Shown here: piece after piece, positions 9,441 to 18,694 of the stretch
Numbering within the stretch: the stretch's first letter is position 1
Layout: each line of letters begins with the position of its first letter
From: a virus
Taxonomy: Duplodnaviria; Caudoviricetes
DNA length: 64,000 nucleotides
Reading direction: 5' to 3' (one strand)
Virus record (IMG/VR): IMGVR_UViG_3300021399_000147
Coordinates: 1 to 64,000 of that record
Notes under the pieces: model-generated
The model's database searches: none
Told to the model about the DNA's origin: nothing
What the model saw: only the letters and a program-made list of their open reading frames with translations
Position numbers and translations under genes: made by a program

Positions 9441-10288
9441 ACAAACTTGATGATTTTGCAGTAATGATATTATGTCATGGCAGAGCAGAAAATGTTCCTA
9501 CTTATCCAACACTAAGAAAATATGGATATAGCGGTAGAATAATTGTAGTTTGTGATGATGAGGACACAGACTTACCTAATTATCAAGCTATATATCCTGA
9601 AGTGCAAGTATTCTCAAAACAAGAAGTATTAAAATATACCGACCCTATGGATAATAAGCATGATATGAGATGCGCAGTATACGCCAGAAATGCTTGTTTT
9701 GACATAGCGGAAAAAGAGGGAATTAAATACTTTGTAGAGTTAGATGATGATTATGTAGGAATGCCATACAGATATGAAGAAGATGGTGTAATGTATCGTA
9801 GTACATTAGCCAATCTTGATAAAGTATTTGAGGCTTACATAGATTTCTTAGAAACTAACGAGAACATCTATTCAGTAGCATTTGGACAGCCTGGGGATTT
9901 CATAGGGGGAGTAGGAAGTAGACTGCATCAGATGAAGTATAGAAGAAAAGTCATGAATAGTTGGATATGTAAAACTGAAAGAAGATTTACATTTAATGGT
10001 ACTATGGAAGATGACTTTTTAACTTACAGTTTATTAGGAAGTCAAGGTAAAATCTTTATTACTTTTGATTTCATAATGATAGACCAGCCAGAAACTCAGC
10101 AAGTACAAGGTGGAATGACAGATATGTATTTAGGTGCAGGTACATATCAGAAATCTTGGTACGGAGTATTATGTTGTCCATCATTTGTAAAAATAGGTAT
10201 GATGGGAGATAGGCATTATAGAATACATCATCAAGTAGAACATGAATGTGCTTACCCAATGATTATATCAAGTAAATACAAAAAATAG
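9437..10288 (+). CDS. GT-A glycosyltransferase, TAGT/GREB1-like family, paralog 3 (most canonical)
   Basis: FAVMILCHGR, DDED, YARN, ELDDDY, FIGG, RKVMNS, EDD, GGMTDMY, TYQKS, RIHH, YPMIIS. Confidence 0.8.
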   Translation: MNKLDDFAVMILCHGRAENVPTYPTLRKYGYSGRIIVVCDDEDTDLPNYQAIYPEVQVFSKQEVLKYTDPMDNKHDMRCAVYARNACFDIAEKEGIKYFVELDDDYVGMPYRYEEDGVMYRSTLANLDKVFEAYIDFLETNENIYSVAFGQPGDFIGGVGSRLHQMKYRRKVMNSWICKTERRFTFNGTMEDDFLTYSLLGSQGKIFITFDFIMIDQPETQQVQGGMTDMYLGAGTYQKSWYGVLCCPSFVKIGMMGDRHYRIHHQVEHECAYPMIISSKYKK

Positions 10289-10299
10289 GAGGAAAGATA

Positions 10300-11418
10300 A
10301 TGAAATTCACAACAAACACAGCACAGTTTCAGAACATGGTAGCAAAAGCAGTAAAGGGAGCGGGTATGAATAATGACTTATTCATTACTCAGCTTATGTC
10401 AATATCATTAAAGGACAATGTATTGACACTAACAACAACAGATAGCAATAACTATCTGTATGTCAAACAGCACAAGGTAGCAGGAGAAGATTTTTCAGTA
10501 GTAGTAGCAGTAGATAAGTTTGCAAAGCTCATTTCCAAGCTTACTTGTGAAGAGGTAACTCTTGAAATTCCTACTGCAAAGCAGGGTGAGTTAGATAAGT
10601 TAGTGATTAAAGGTAATGGTAAGTATGTCATTGAATTACCTTATGATGAAGAGGGTGAACTGATTGACTATCCAAATCCACTTGAAGCAGATAGTGAAAA
10701 ATTCTGGAGTCATTCAGAAGTAAAGTTATCCACTATTAGACACATTCTTTCAACAGCTAAAGCCGCATTGCTTGTAGGTAAAGAAGATATGTGTTATTCA
10801 GACTATTATGTAGGAGATAGGGTAGTAGCAACAGATACATATAAAATCTGTGGTATTGATGTAAAAATCTTTGATGAACCTAAACTTATCTCATCTCAGC
10901 TCATGGATTTACTTGACGTAATGACACAGGAGAACATTGAGGTAAGATATAATGATGATACAATCATCTTTGATACAGGTGATGTTACTGTATATGGTAA
11001 GTCAGATGAGGGTGTAGAAGAGTATCAGATTGATGCTATCTCAGGACTTCTTGATGAACAGTTCCCAAGCTCATGTAAGATAGAGAAGTCACCACTGTTA
11101 CAGATGCTTGACCGTCTATCATTGTTTGTAGATGTATTCGATAAGAATAGTGTATACCTTACTTTCACAAAAGAAGGACTTCAGGTATCATCTAAGAAAG
11201 ACAGTGGTTCAGAGTTAATTCCATATAAAGAGAGTGATAACTTTGCAGACTATACCTGCTGTCTTGATATTGACCTTTTTAAGACACAGGTTAAAGCCTA
11301 TCAGTCAGATGTTATCGAGATTCTGTATGGCAAGGAAAATAGTGTAAAGTTTGTGCTTAATAGTACAAAGCAGGTTATCGCCCTTGCAGATGATGACAGA
11401 ACAACAGAGGAAGAATAA
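10300..11418 (+). CDS. dnaN: DNA polymerase sliding clamp (beta subunit-like)
   Basis: 372 aa with three-domain beta-clamp pattern (LTLTTTD, VATDTYK, LLQMLDRLSLF); clamp-loader genes in same genome. Confidence 0.8.
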   Translation: MKFTTNTAQFQNMVAKAVKGAGMNNDLFITQLMSISLKDNVLTLTTTDSNNYLYVKQHKVAGEDFSVVVAVDKFAKLISKLTCEEVTLEIPTAKQGELDKLVIKGNGKYVIELPYDEEGELIDYPNPLEADSEKFWSHSEVKLSTIRHILSTAKAALLVGKEDMCYSDYYVGDRVVATDTYKICGIDVKIFDEPKLISSQLMDLLDVMTQENIEVRYNDDTIIFDTGDVTVYGKSDEGVEEYQIDAISGLLDEQFPSSCKIEKSPLLQMLDRLSLFVDVFDKNSVYLTFTKEGLQVSSKKDSGSELIPYKESDNFADYTCCLDIDLFKTQVKAYQSDVIEILYGKENSVKFVLNSTKQVIALADDDRTTEEE

Positions 11419-11436
11419 CTCACTATGACTAGATTG

Positions 11437-11466
11437 AGGGAGAGTTAAATACTCTCCCTTATTTTA
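11437..11466 (+). terminator. Intrinsic terminator-like hairpin
   Basis: AGGGAGAGT-taaat-ACTCTCCCT followed by T-rich run. Confidence 0.6.
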
Positions 11467-11481
11467 ACTGAAAGGATAATT

Positions 11482-12276
11482 ATGAGTAGAGATAGTCTAA
11501 AGAATGTTTCAAGATTGATTTCATTGGCAAGTAAAGAGATGCCAGTAGAAGAATCCTTTTTAGAGGATTATAAAAGAAGTGTAGAACTCACAGCTAATAA
11601 AGATAGAGGTTTATCTTCACCAACATTTAAACCATCGTCACTTAATTGTAAGAGAGGATGTTGGTATCAGATAATGCAAGTTCAGCCTGATGAAGGTAAT
11701 ACATCTTTTAATATGGTAGGTATATGTGACTCAGGTACTGATATCCATGTGAGAACACAGACAGCAATCATGCAGATGAAAGATAATGGCATAGATTGTG
11801 AATGGATAGATGTAGAAGAGTATATAAAAGAACATAACCTAGACTATCTGATAGTGAGGGAGAAAAAGGGTACAGAAACGAAACTTTATGATACTAGATA
11901 TGGTACATATATTAGCTTTATGTGTGATGGTATTATAAAGTATAAAGGTAAATATTACATTGTAGAGATAAAGACAGAAAGCAGTAGTAAGTGGTATGGT
12001 AGAACAGATGTGGATAAGAAACATTATCATCAGGCAATATCATATTCAAACAGCTTTGGTATAGATGATGTATTATTTATCTATCGTGAAAGAGATTTAT
12101 TAAATACGAAGGTGTTTAAATTTCATGTTACAGATGATATGAGAAAAGACCTTGTAGACTTCATTACAGATGTACAGGGTTATGTAGAACGTAAGATAAC
12201 TCCACCTAAAGAAGATATACCAGCTGTGAATTGTCGTTACTGTGCATATTCAGCACAATGTAAGAAGGATAAATAA
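11482..12276 (+). CDS. Cas4-like PD-(D/E)XK exonuclease with Fe-S cysteines
   Basis: PSSLNC..., CDG...VEIKT, Q...Y, terminal CRYCAYSAQC. Confidence 0.8.
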   Translation: MSRDSLKNVSRLISLASKEMPVEESFLEDYKRSVELTANKDRGLSSPTFKPSSLNCKRGCWYQIMQVQPDEGNTSFNMVGICDSGTDIHVRTQTAIMQMKDNGIDCEWIDVEEYIKEHNLDYLIVREKKGTETKLYDTRYGTYISFMCDGIIKYKGKYYIVEIKTESSSKWYGRTDVDKKHYHQAISYSNSFGIDDVLFIYRERDLLNTKVFKFHVTDDMRKDLVDFITDVQGYVERKITPPKEDIPAVNCRYCAYSAQCKKDK

Positions 12277-12288
12277 AAGGGGGATAAT

Positions 12289-12744
12289 ATGGCAAAAGTA
12301 AATCGTGGTAAAGACTTTGAACATCAAGTAAGAGAAGGATTACAAAAAGTACCTAATACAGAGGTATATAGATTACCTGACCAGATTACTTATCGTGTGG
12401 GAAGTAAAAATCCATGTGATATGTTCGTATTTCATGCTCCGCTTTTCTATGCCATAGAGTGTAAGTCTGTCTATGGAGACAGACTTCCCTTTGCTAATAT
12501 CTCAGAATATCAGTGGTCAGAGTTATTGCGTATGTCAAAGCTGCCTGGAATCGTTTCCGGTATACTGTGCTGGTACATTGATAGAGATAGAACAGTATTT
12601 ATTCCAATTCAATTCCTCGAGACCCTAAAGCAAAATGGAGCTAAGAGTATTCGATATGATGCAGATGACAGTCATCTTATAGATATAAAGGGTAAAAAGA
12701 GGAAAATACTGTGGGATTATGACTTTTCAGCATTTCTCCTATAA
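12289..12744 (+). CDS. recU: RecU-like Holliday junction resolvase
   Basis: NRGKDFE, PCD, AIECKS, ISEYQ motifs. Confidence 0.8.
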   Translation: MAKVNRGKDFEHQVREGLQKVPNTEVYRLPDQITYRVGSKNPCDMFVFHAPLFYAIECKSVYGDRLPFANISEYQWSELLRMSKLPGIVSGILCWYIDRDRTVFIPIQFLETLKQNGAKSIRYDADDSHLIDIKGKKRKILWDYDFSAFLL

Positions 12745-12798
12745 ACACCATAATAAATATGTTATATAATGAAAGAAAAAACAGAAAGTGAGTGTGTT

Positions 12799-13011
12799 AT
12801 GGGAGAAATTGTAAAGTTTGAATTAGGGTGTAAGCATTGCGAGAATTTATCTAGGATAGATAAAAACACTTATGTTTGTTTAGCATTATTACATAATGAC
12901 GATAGTGATGTTATACCTGTAAAAGACGGCAGAAAAACTGATGATTGGTGTGCTTGTGATGGTGATGATTTTGTAAGAACATTAAACAAGAAACATTTAC
13001 ACGTAGATTGA
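12799..13011 (+). CDS. Small Cys-containing hypothetical protein
   Basis: ORF after extended -10 TGTTATATAAT at 12760-12770; CxxC. Confidence 0.5.
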   Translation: MGEIVKFELGCKHCENLSRIDKNTYVCLALLHNDDSDVIPVKDGRKTDDWCACDGDDFVRTLNKKHLHVD

Positions 13012-13024
13012 AAGGAGAAGAAGC

Positions 13025-13525
13025 ATGGCAATATCTAAAGAATTATTAGATAAGATAGAGTCAAATTCAGAAGAGCTGGATAAGACCATAAATGAAATTA
13101 CAGAAATGTATTCAGGTGAACTTGATGAATATATGAGATTTGTATTAGGTATTCTTAGAGATGATAAACAGCCACCTACTGATGAAGAGTTGGATGACTT
13201 TGTTCTTAGATTATCTTCACTCATATATTTTACAAGTGTTGGTGCAGAACAGATGGGCATAAGAGATGATTTATCCCACACTGCATATAAAGAAGCATAT
13301 AATACCGCTCGTTCATTATTGACAACAGGTACTGTAGCTGATAAAAACGCACAGGCAGAGCTAGATGCATTAGCTGAACACGTAGTACATCTGGTATATA
13401 ACAAGTCATATAAGATTTTGAAAGCAAAAGTAGAAGCGGCACAGGAAGTATTATCTTCTATAAAGAAGGTAATAAGCCGTAGAATGAGCGATTTCACTAC
13501 ATCTCAGTTAGATGTTAATAAGTAA
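13025..13525 (+). CDS. Helical hypothetical protein, possible recombination mediator (UvsY-like)
   Basis: All-helical 166 aa directly before recA; function inferred from context. Confidence 0.4.
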   Translation: MAISKELLDKIESNSEELDKTINEITEMYSGELDEYMRFVLGILRDDKQPPTDEELDDFVLRLSSLIYFTSVGAEQMGIRDDLSHTAYKEAYNTARSLLTTGTVADKNAQAELDALAEHVVHLVYNKSYKILKAKVEAAQEVLSSIKKVISRRMSDFTTSQLDVNK

Positions 13526-13537
13526 GGGAGGATAATA

Positions 13538-14593
13538 ATGGCTAAAGAAGCTAGACCGTCACTTGATGATGTTATAAAGAAAATCAATAAAGATTCGGGT
13601 TCAAATATAGTTGGATATGGTATACCTAAGAGAGAATACACAAGAATACCTTTCACATCTCCTAGAATGAACTATTGTACTTATGGGGGAATACCTACAG
13701 GAAGAATAGTTGAGTTTTTTGGTGAAGAAGGCGGGGGTAAGACAACATCAGCACTTGATATTGTAGGTAACTATCAGCGTATGCAGGCGAATGAAGAACA
13801 TCCTAAACGAGTAGTATATTTCGATAATGAGAATACTTTGGATGTACTATGGGCAGCAAAATTAGGGGTAGATGTAGATTCACTAATACTTATTCAGCCA
13901 GAAGAACAGAGTGCCGAAGAACTGTTGGAAGATGTATTAGATATGATGAGAACAGGCGAAGTAGGGTTAGTTGTAATTGATTCAATTGCAGTATTAGTAT
14001 CAGCACAAGCTATGGAAAAAACAGTTGCCGACAAAACATATGCAGGTATATCTATGCCACTTACAACATTCGGTAATAAAGCTAATATGTTATGTAAACA
14101 GCATGATTGTACTGTAATAGGTATAAATCAGTTAAGAGATGATTTAGCTGCCATGTACGGTAATGCTACAAAAACGCCTGGGGGAAGAGCATGGAAACAT
14201 CTGTGTTCTGTAAGATTACAGTTTACAAAGGGTGCATTTATTGATGAAAAGGGCAATGAGATAAAGCGAAGCTCAGAAAGTCCTGCGGGCAATAAAGTTC
14301 TTATGAGTATGGTTAAAAATAAAACTTGTCCATCAAATAGAAGGGGTGGATATTATACAATCGATTATGCTAATGGTATAGATTACTTAGCAGACTTGAT
14401 AGAAGTAGCTCTTAAATATGACCTCATATTACAGAAAGGCGCATGGTTCTCAGTTATAAATCCAGATACAGGAGAGATATTAGCTGAAAAGATACAAGGT
14501 ATGTCTAACGTTAGAGAGTTTTTCATGGATGAGGTTAACGAGCCTACACTTGATTTTGTAGAGCAGTATATAGACAGTAAAATAGGCATGTAA
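13538..14593 (+). CDS. recA: RecA-family recombinase
   Basis: GGIPTGRIVEFFGEEGGGKTT, IQPE, VVIDSIA, INQLR, TPGG. Confidence 0.95.
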   Translation: MAKEARPSLDDVIKKINKDSGSNIVGYGIPKREYTRIPFTSPRMNYCTYGGIPTGRIVEFFGEEGGGKTTSALDIVGNYQRMQANEEHPKRVVYFDNENTLDVLWAAKLGVDVDSLILIQPEEQSAEELLEDVLDMMRTGEVGLVVIDSIAVLVSAQAMEKTVADKTYAGISMPLTTFGNKANMLCKQHDCTVIGINQLRDDLAAMYGNATKTPGGRAWKHLCSVRLQFTKGAFIDEKGNEIKRSSESPAGNKVLMSMVKNKTCPSNRRGGYYTIDYANGIDYLADLIEVALKYDLILQKGAWFSVINPDTGEILAEKIQGMSNVREFFMDEVNEPTLDFVEQYIDSKIGM

Positions 14594-14597
14594 AAAT

Positions 14598-14630
14598 AAG
14601 CGGGAGATTTCATTCTCCCGCTTTACTATT
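14598..14630 (+). terminator. Intrinsic terminator
   Basis: AAGCGGGAG-atttcatt-CTCCCGCTT then T-rich. Confidence 0.75.
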
Positions 14631-14650
14631 ATATAAATGTGTTATATAAT
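14622..14650 (+). promoter_or_regulatory. sigmaA-type promoter
   Basis: TTTACT-17 bp-TATAAT. Confidence 0.55.
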
Positions 14651-14688
14651 GTTTAATATAAAATGTGTATAAACAGAAAGGGGAGACA

Positions 14689-14838
14689 ATGAAAGAAATT
14701 TTACAAAAGTGGTCAGGTAAGTTTGAAATTAACAATGAAATCTATACAGACTTACATGATGTGGAATTGAAAGACGGAGAAGATTTTCATATCACGTTAC
14801 TTTCAAAAAGACGGGAGGTGAGTGATATTGAAGATTAA
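14689..14838 (+). CDS. Small hypothetical protein (49 aa, below ORF-track cutoff)
   Basis: GGGGAG RBS then ATG; reads MKEILQKWSG... Confidence 0.5.
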   Translation: MKEILQKWSGKFEINNEIYTDLHDVELKDGEDFHITLLSKRREVSDIED

Positions 14839-15094
14839 ATGCAATCCTGAAGATTGCGACAACTGTCCGTACTCAGATTGTATAGGGGAAATTAAAAAGA
14901 AACCGGGCAGAAAAGCTCTACCACCAGAAGTGTTAAAAGAACACAGGCGAGCTTATGATAGACAATATTATTTAGCTCACAAAGAAAAACATAACGCATA
15001 TTATAGGGAGTATTATAAGAGGAAAAAGTATGAAAAAGCGAATAGTCGAAACTCTAGTTGTGGTAAGTTTCCTGACACTTCTAATAGTCAGTAA
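14822..15094 (+). CDS. Small basic Cys-containing protein, possibly DNA-binding
   Basis: CxxxCxxCxxxxC then PGRK and Arg/Tyr-rich helix. Confidence 0.5.
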   Translation: MILKIKCNPEDCDNCPYSDCIGEIKKKPGRKALPPEVLKEHRRAYDRQYYLAHKEKHNAYYREYYKRKKYEKANSRNSSCGKFPDTSNSQ

Positions 15095-15599
15095 TAGAAA
15101 TACTGCTATAGATGAAAAAGATGTTGCCGAGAGTCAAACTATCATAGATACGATTGAACCAGAGCTGTATGCTGATTTTAGTAATTATACAATAATAGCT
15201 CACACAACATTTACAGATGAACAGGAAGAACTGAGAAACGAGATACTATATGGGGAACTTGAAGAGGCAGTACTTGTAGTTCAAGCAGAAGCGGGGAATC
15301 AAGATGAACTTGGTAAAAGATATGTTGCAGATGTAATATTTAATAGGCTGGATAGTGAAGATTTTCCAGATACTGTACATGAGGTAGTATATCAGAGAAA
15401 TCCAATTCAGTTCGCAACAACAGTAAATGGTAGTATGGATGTTGCCGCATATAATGTGACAGAAGATGTATTTCAAATAGTATTAGAGGAATACATAAAC
15501 AGAACAAATTCCGACATAATCTACTTTAGGACAGAACATTATAGCACAGATGGAAAGCCTGCATTTAAGCACGGTGACCACTTTTTCAGTACGAGGTGA
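15030..15599 (+). CDS. SleB/CwlJ-family cell-wall hydrolase (Hydrolase_2) with N-terminal signal/TM segment
   Basis: VQAEAGNQ...VA.VIFNRL....FPDTV.EVVYQ...QF, terminal HGDHFF. Confidence 0.85.
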   Translation: MKKRIVETLVVVSFLTLLIVSNRNTAIDEKDVAESQTIIDTIEPELYADFSNYTIIAHTTFTDEQEELRNEILYGELEEAVLVVQAEAGNQDELGKRYVADVIFNRLDSEDFPDTVHEVVYQRNPIQFATTVNGSMDVAAYNVTEDVFQIVLEEYINRTNSDIIYFRTEHYSTDGKPAFKHGDHFFSTR

Positions 15600-15726
15600 G
15601 AACATGACAATAGTAGATATGATGGAATTAGGGCTAATGTTTCTAAAAGTAGTGCTTGAAATATTAGTAGCAAACATAATATCCGCAGAAACATTAAACT
15701 TAATTGATTTTATTAAAGAGGATTGA

Positions 15727-15942
15727 ATGAATAGGAGAAGCGAAAAACTAGACCAATATCTCAATAAGCAAGTTGAAATCACATTTATTGATGGAGATAT
15801 TGTGACAGGAATTTTAGAATTTGACAGACCATATTGGGGACTAAAATTTGGTTCAAATCAATATTCAATAACACGCAATGGCACACATATGTTTTTTAGA
15901 AAAAGCCATGTAAAGAACATAAAGGAAAGTGAGAAAATGTAA
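15727..15942 (+). CDS. Small hypothetical protein (Sm-like fold possible)
   Basis: KQVEITFIDGDIVTGIL pattern. Confidence 0.45.
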   Translation: MNRRSEKLDQYLNKQVEITFIDGDIVTGILEFDRPYWGLKFGSNQYSITRNGTHMFFRKSHVKNIKESEKM

Positions 15943-16194
15943 ATGCTTTGGGAAGAAATGGAAAGATACACAAAACTCACAGGAGAAGATGCAACTCATG
16001 TGCCAATAATAAAATTAGGAGCTTATCTTGATGGATATGAAAAAGGTATAGAGGTGCTAGACAAGATAAGAGCCGAGATAGAGGAAACATATACGAATAT
16101 TACTTATCAAGAAAACAGAGATAGAAAAGCAACGTGGGGATTAAGAAAGGCTTTAGAGATAATCGACAAGTACAAGGCAGAAAGTGAGGAATAA
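15943..16194 (+). CDS. Hypothetical protein, DKIRAE...KAESEE module family
   Basis: Shares C-terminal half with 27200-27490. Confidence 0.6.
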   Translation: MLWEEMERYTKLTGEDATHVPIIKLGAYLDGYEKGIEVLDKIRAEIEETYTNITYQENRDRKATWGLRKALEIIDKYKAESEE

Positions 16195-16195
16195 T

Positions 16196-16387
16196 ATGTA
16201 TGCATCAAAATTAGTATCGTTAATTTTTGTATTTTTAGCAGTATGGATGGGGGTATCTCATGTATTGATAGGGTTGACTGATATAGGTGGATATAGGAGT
16301 ATTAAGACAAAGAGTATAGCATTGATAGTACTTATCTTATTTTTAGTTTTAATGAGAATTTCAATATTTTTGATGATGGGAGAATAA
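16196..16387 (+). CDS. Small membrane protein (2 TM)
   Basis: Two hydrophobic segments. Confidence 0.5.
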   Translation: MYASKLVSLIFVFLAVWMGVSHVLIGLTDIGGYRSIKTKSIALIVLILFLVLMRISIFLMMGE

Positions 16388-16388
16388 A

Positions 16389-16574
16389 ATGAAAATGACA
16401 GTAAAGCAACTAATAAATAAGTTAAAGAAATATCCCGAGGATGCAAAGATAGTTGTAGACAATGACGAAAGTTATTTTAGTGGTACATATTTTGCTACCA
16501 GTGTTGAAGAATATGAAGAAGGTACGGTATTGATAGCTACAGACTATAAAAAGAGGTTAGAAGAATGGGAATGA
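16389..16574 (+). CDS. Small hypothetical protein
   Basis: MTVKQLINKLKKYPEDAKIV start common in phage small ORFs. Confidence 0.55.
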   Translation: MKMTVKQLINKLKKYPEDAKIVVDNDESYFSGTYFATSVEEYEEGTVLIATDYKKRLEEWE

Positions 16575-16876
16575 CGATTGATGAAGCTAGGACAGCACTA
16601 GGAAAAGAACGAAAATATGCACTTCACGAAAATAAGCAAGCCTTTGATATAGCTATTGACACTATGAAAAACTATCAAATGATGGAAGCCGACTATGAAG
16701 CAAGATTAAAGGCTGATATGGTGGCTATGCTTACTGATATACAGTTGAGGATTGAAGAATTAGATACACCTCCTGCATATCAAGATGAAGATTACTTTTT
16801 GATTGGCACAAATAAATGTAGCGAACTTATCCAACAGAAAATAGACAAACTGAAAGGAGTAGCAAATGATATTTGA
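16571..16876 (+). CDS. Hypothetical protein, ADYE.RLKADMVAML module family
   Basis: Shares modules with 16986-17336. Confidence 0.6.
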   Translation: MTIDEARTALGKERKYALHENKQAFDIAIDTMKNYQMMEADYEARLKADMVAMLTDIQLRIEELDTPPAYQDEDYFLIGTNKCSELIQQKIDKLKGVANDI

Positions 16877-16985
16877 TTTAATCAATAATGGTGCAGACCC
16901 ATCATCTGTAATAACACTAACAGTATTGGCATTTGTATGTGGGTTTTCAATAGCAACATTTATCCATAGGATAGGGAGGTAGAAG

Positions 16986-17336
16986 ATGGGAATGAGAATT
17001 GATGATGAAATCTATGTACATGGTTATTTGGATGAAATACGACAGGATAAAGTAATAGTCAGAAATGAGGGCGGCTATTTTGGAACAGTAGTAGATGAAT
17101 TAGTAGAAGCAATTCCAAAAGCCGACTACGAAAATCGCTTAAAGGCTGACATGGTGGCTATGCTTACAAAGTTAAAGGAAGAGATAAGTGACTATCACGA
17201 AATTGGTTGTGATAAAGATTGTAATAATTGTCGTATGGTGGCCTGTATCGAGCCAGCAAACGTTATTAAAGATTTAAATATTATCCAACAGAAAATCAAT
17301 GAATTAAAAGGAGAAAAAGATGATAAAGATAATTAA
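16986..17336 (+). CDS. Hypothetical protein, ADYE.RLKADMVAML module family
   Basis: Shares modules with 16571-16876. Confidence 0.6.
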   Translation: MGMRIDDEIYVHGYLDEIRQDKVIVRNEGGYFGTVVDELVEAIPKADYENRLKADMVAMLTKLKEEISDYHEIGCDKDCNNCRMVACIEPANVIKDLNIIQQKINELKGEKDDKDN

Positions 17337-17493
17337 AAAAGGAACAAAACAGACAGTAGAATGTGAAAGATGTGGATGCCTATTTAGTTTTGATACCAAT
17401 GATATAAATTATGGTAATCAACATGACCCTGAAAGAACTATTAACTGTCCACAGTGTACATATAAAATTGATTTATGGGAGTATGAACAATGA
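17320..17493 (+). CDS. Small zinc-ribbon protein (57 aa)
   Basis: MIKIIKKG...CERCGC...CPQC; ATGA overlap with next gene. Confidence 0.6.
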   Translation: MIKIIKKGTKQTVECERCGCLFSFDTNDINYGNQHDPERTINCPQCTYKIDLWEYEQ

Positions 17494-17906
17494 ACAGAGC
17501 ACAGAGAAGATTACAGGCAGTACAACAGAGAAAGAGCGAACTTACAGATAAGGAAAGGCAGCTAAACGAAAGATTACATAACTACTATCAAAAACAGCTC
17601 AATGAATTGGTAGATAAATATAATAAAGAGTTAGAAGAGATGGAAGAAGAGTTACAACATGAGAGGGAAAATAATGTAACTAATGACTGGTATTGGTTTT
17701 ATGCAAACTTATGTTTAACTCTTAAAGATGATTACCACAAGAATAATGATTATATTGCCAAGTTTGTTGATAAGATGGAGAATCGTCTAAGAGGTTTCAA
17801 GAATACAGATATGAGCCGTGATGAATTGATAGCAATGTGTAGTGATAAGTGCGGTATTATTCTATGTGATGAGGAGGACGAACACTGTGAGCAAGACAAT
17901 AAGTAA
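17490..17906 (+). CDS. Coiled-coil hypothetical protein
   Basis: MNRAQRR start; helical. Confidence 0.55.
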   Translation: MNRAQRRLQAVQQRKSELTDKERQLNERLHNYYQKQLNELVDKYNKELEEMEEELQHERENNVTNDWYWFYANLCLTLKDDYHKNNDYIAKFVDKMENRLRGFKNTDMSRDELIAMCSDKCGIILCDEEDEHCEQDNK

Positions 17907-18219
17907 GTTCTTATTAGTAATAATTATGTGCCTAATGCTATCAGGGTGTGAAGATAAAGAGTTAATTAAAGATACTGTAATAGATTGTAGATATAATGAA
18001 TCTTACACAGAAACAGTTACCGATTACGATTATAAATATAATCTGCATGAAAGTAAGTGGGAGTTAGTTCCTGATATTCACACAGAGTATCATCCTGAAA
18101 GCTATGAGCTATACCATGAATATACATATTCAGATGGCAGTACAAGAAGAGTATGGACATACTGTACTAGAGGAGAATATTTAGCTACCTCAAAGGAGTT
18201 ATATGGAACAGACTATTAA
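17887..18219 (+). CDS. Putative lipoprotein
   Basis: GTG start, hydrophobic signal and lipobox LSGC. Confidence 0.55.
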   Translation: MSKTISKFLLVIIMCLMLSGCEDKELIKDTVIDCRYNESYTETVTDYDYKYNLHESKWELVPDIHTEYHPESYELYHEYTYSDGSTRRVWTYCTRGEYLATSKELYGTDY

Positions 18220-18595
18220 AGAGAAAATACTTCAAAGAAGAAGGCAGATGTTAGTCCATTCTTATATATATTATGAATTGAACCAGAATATAGTATCTGA
18301 CCATCAATGGGCTAAATGGGCTAAAGAATTAGAACAGTTGCAGAAGGATTATCCTAAAGAATCATCAGAAGTAATGTATTATGAGGACTTCAAAAACTGG
18401 GATGGTAGCTCAGGTGCATTTTTAAATTTTGGAGAAGATATAAAGACCGTCGCAAAAATTCTTTTAGGAGAAATTAAAATCTCAGATTCTACTAATATAA
18501 AGTCAAATTTTGTACAAAAAGTACAAAAATCACAATTAAAATCACTAAATCCTAAAAAATCAGTGAAAAATAGTGGAACAAGGAGTTTATTCTAA
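18203..18595 (+). CDS. Stand-alone NAD+-dependent ligase domain Ia-like protein
   Basis: HSYIYYE...IVSD..W......L..L...YP matches LigA N-terminal helical hairpin; no adenylation (KxDG) domain. Confidence 0.6.
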   Translation: MEQTIKEKILQRRRQMLVHSYIYYELNQNIVSDHQWAKWAKELEQLQKDYPKESSEVMYYEDFKNWDGSSGAFLNFGEDIKTVAKILLGEIKISDSTNIKSNFVQKVQKSQLKSLNPKKSVKNSGTRSLF

Positions 18596-18600
18596 ACGTA

Positions 18601-18629
18601 TTGACATTTACGTTACCATAATGTATCAT
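18601..18629 (+). promoter_or_regulatory. sigmaA-type promoter
   Basis: TTGACA-17 bp-TATCAT with extended TG. Confidence 0.7.
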
Positions 18630-18694
18630 CTATATTGTAAATGATATATAACACATTTAACAAACGAAAGAAACGAGAAAAGGAGAAAAACGAG

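Noticed and set aside
11482-12276. Cas4-like gene as evidence of a CRISPR system
   Set aside because: Stand-alone Cas4-like exonucleases are common in phage recombination modules; here it sits beside recU and recA
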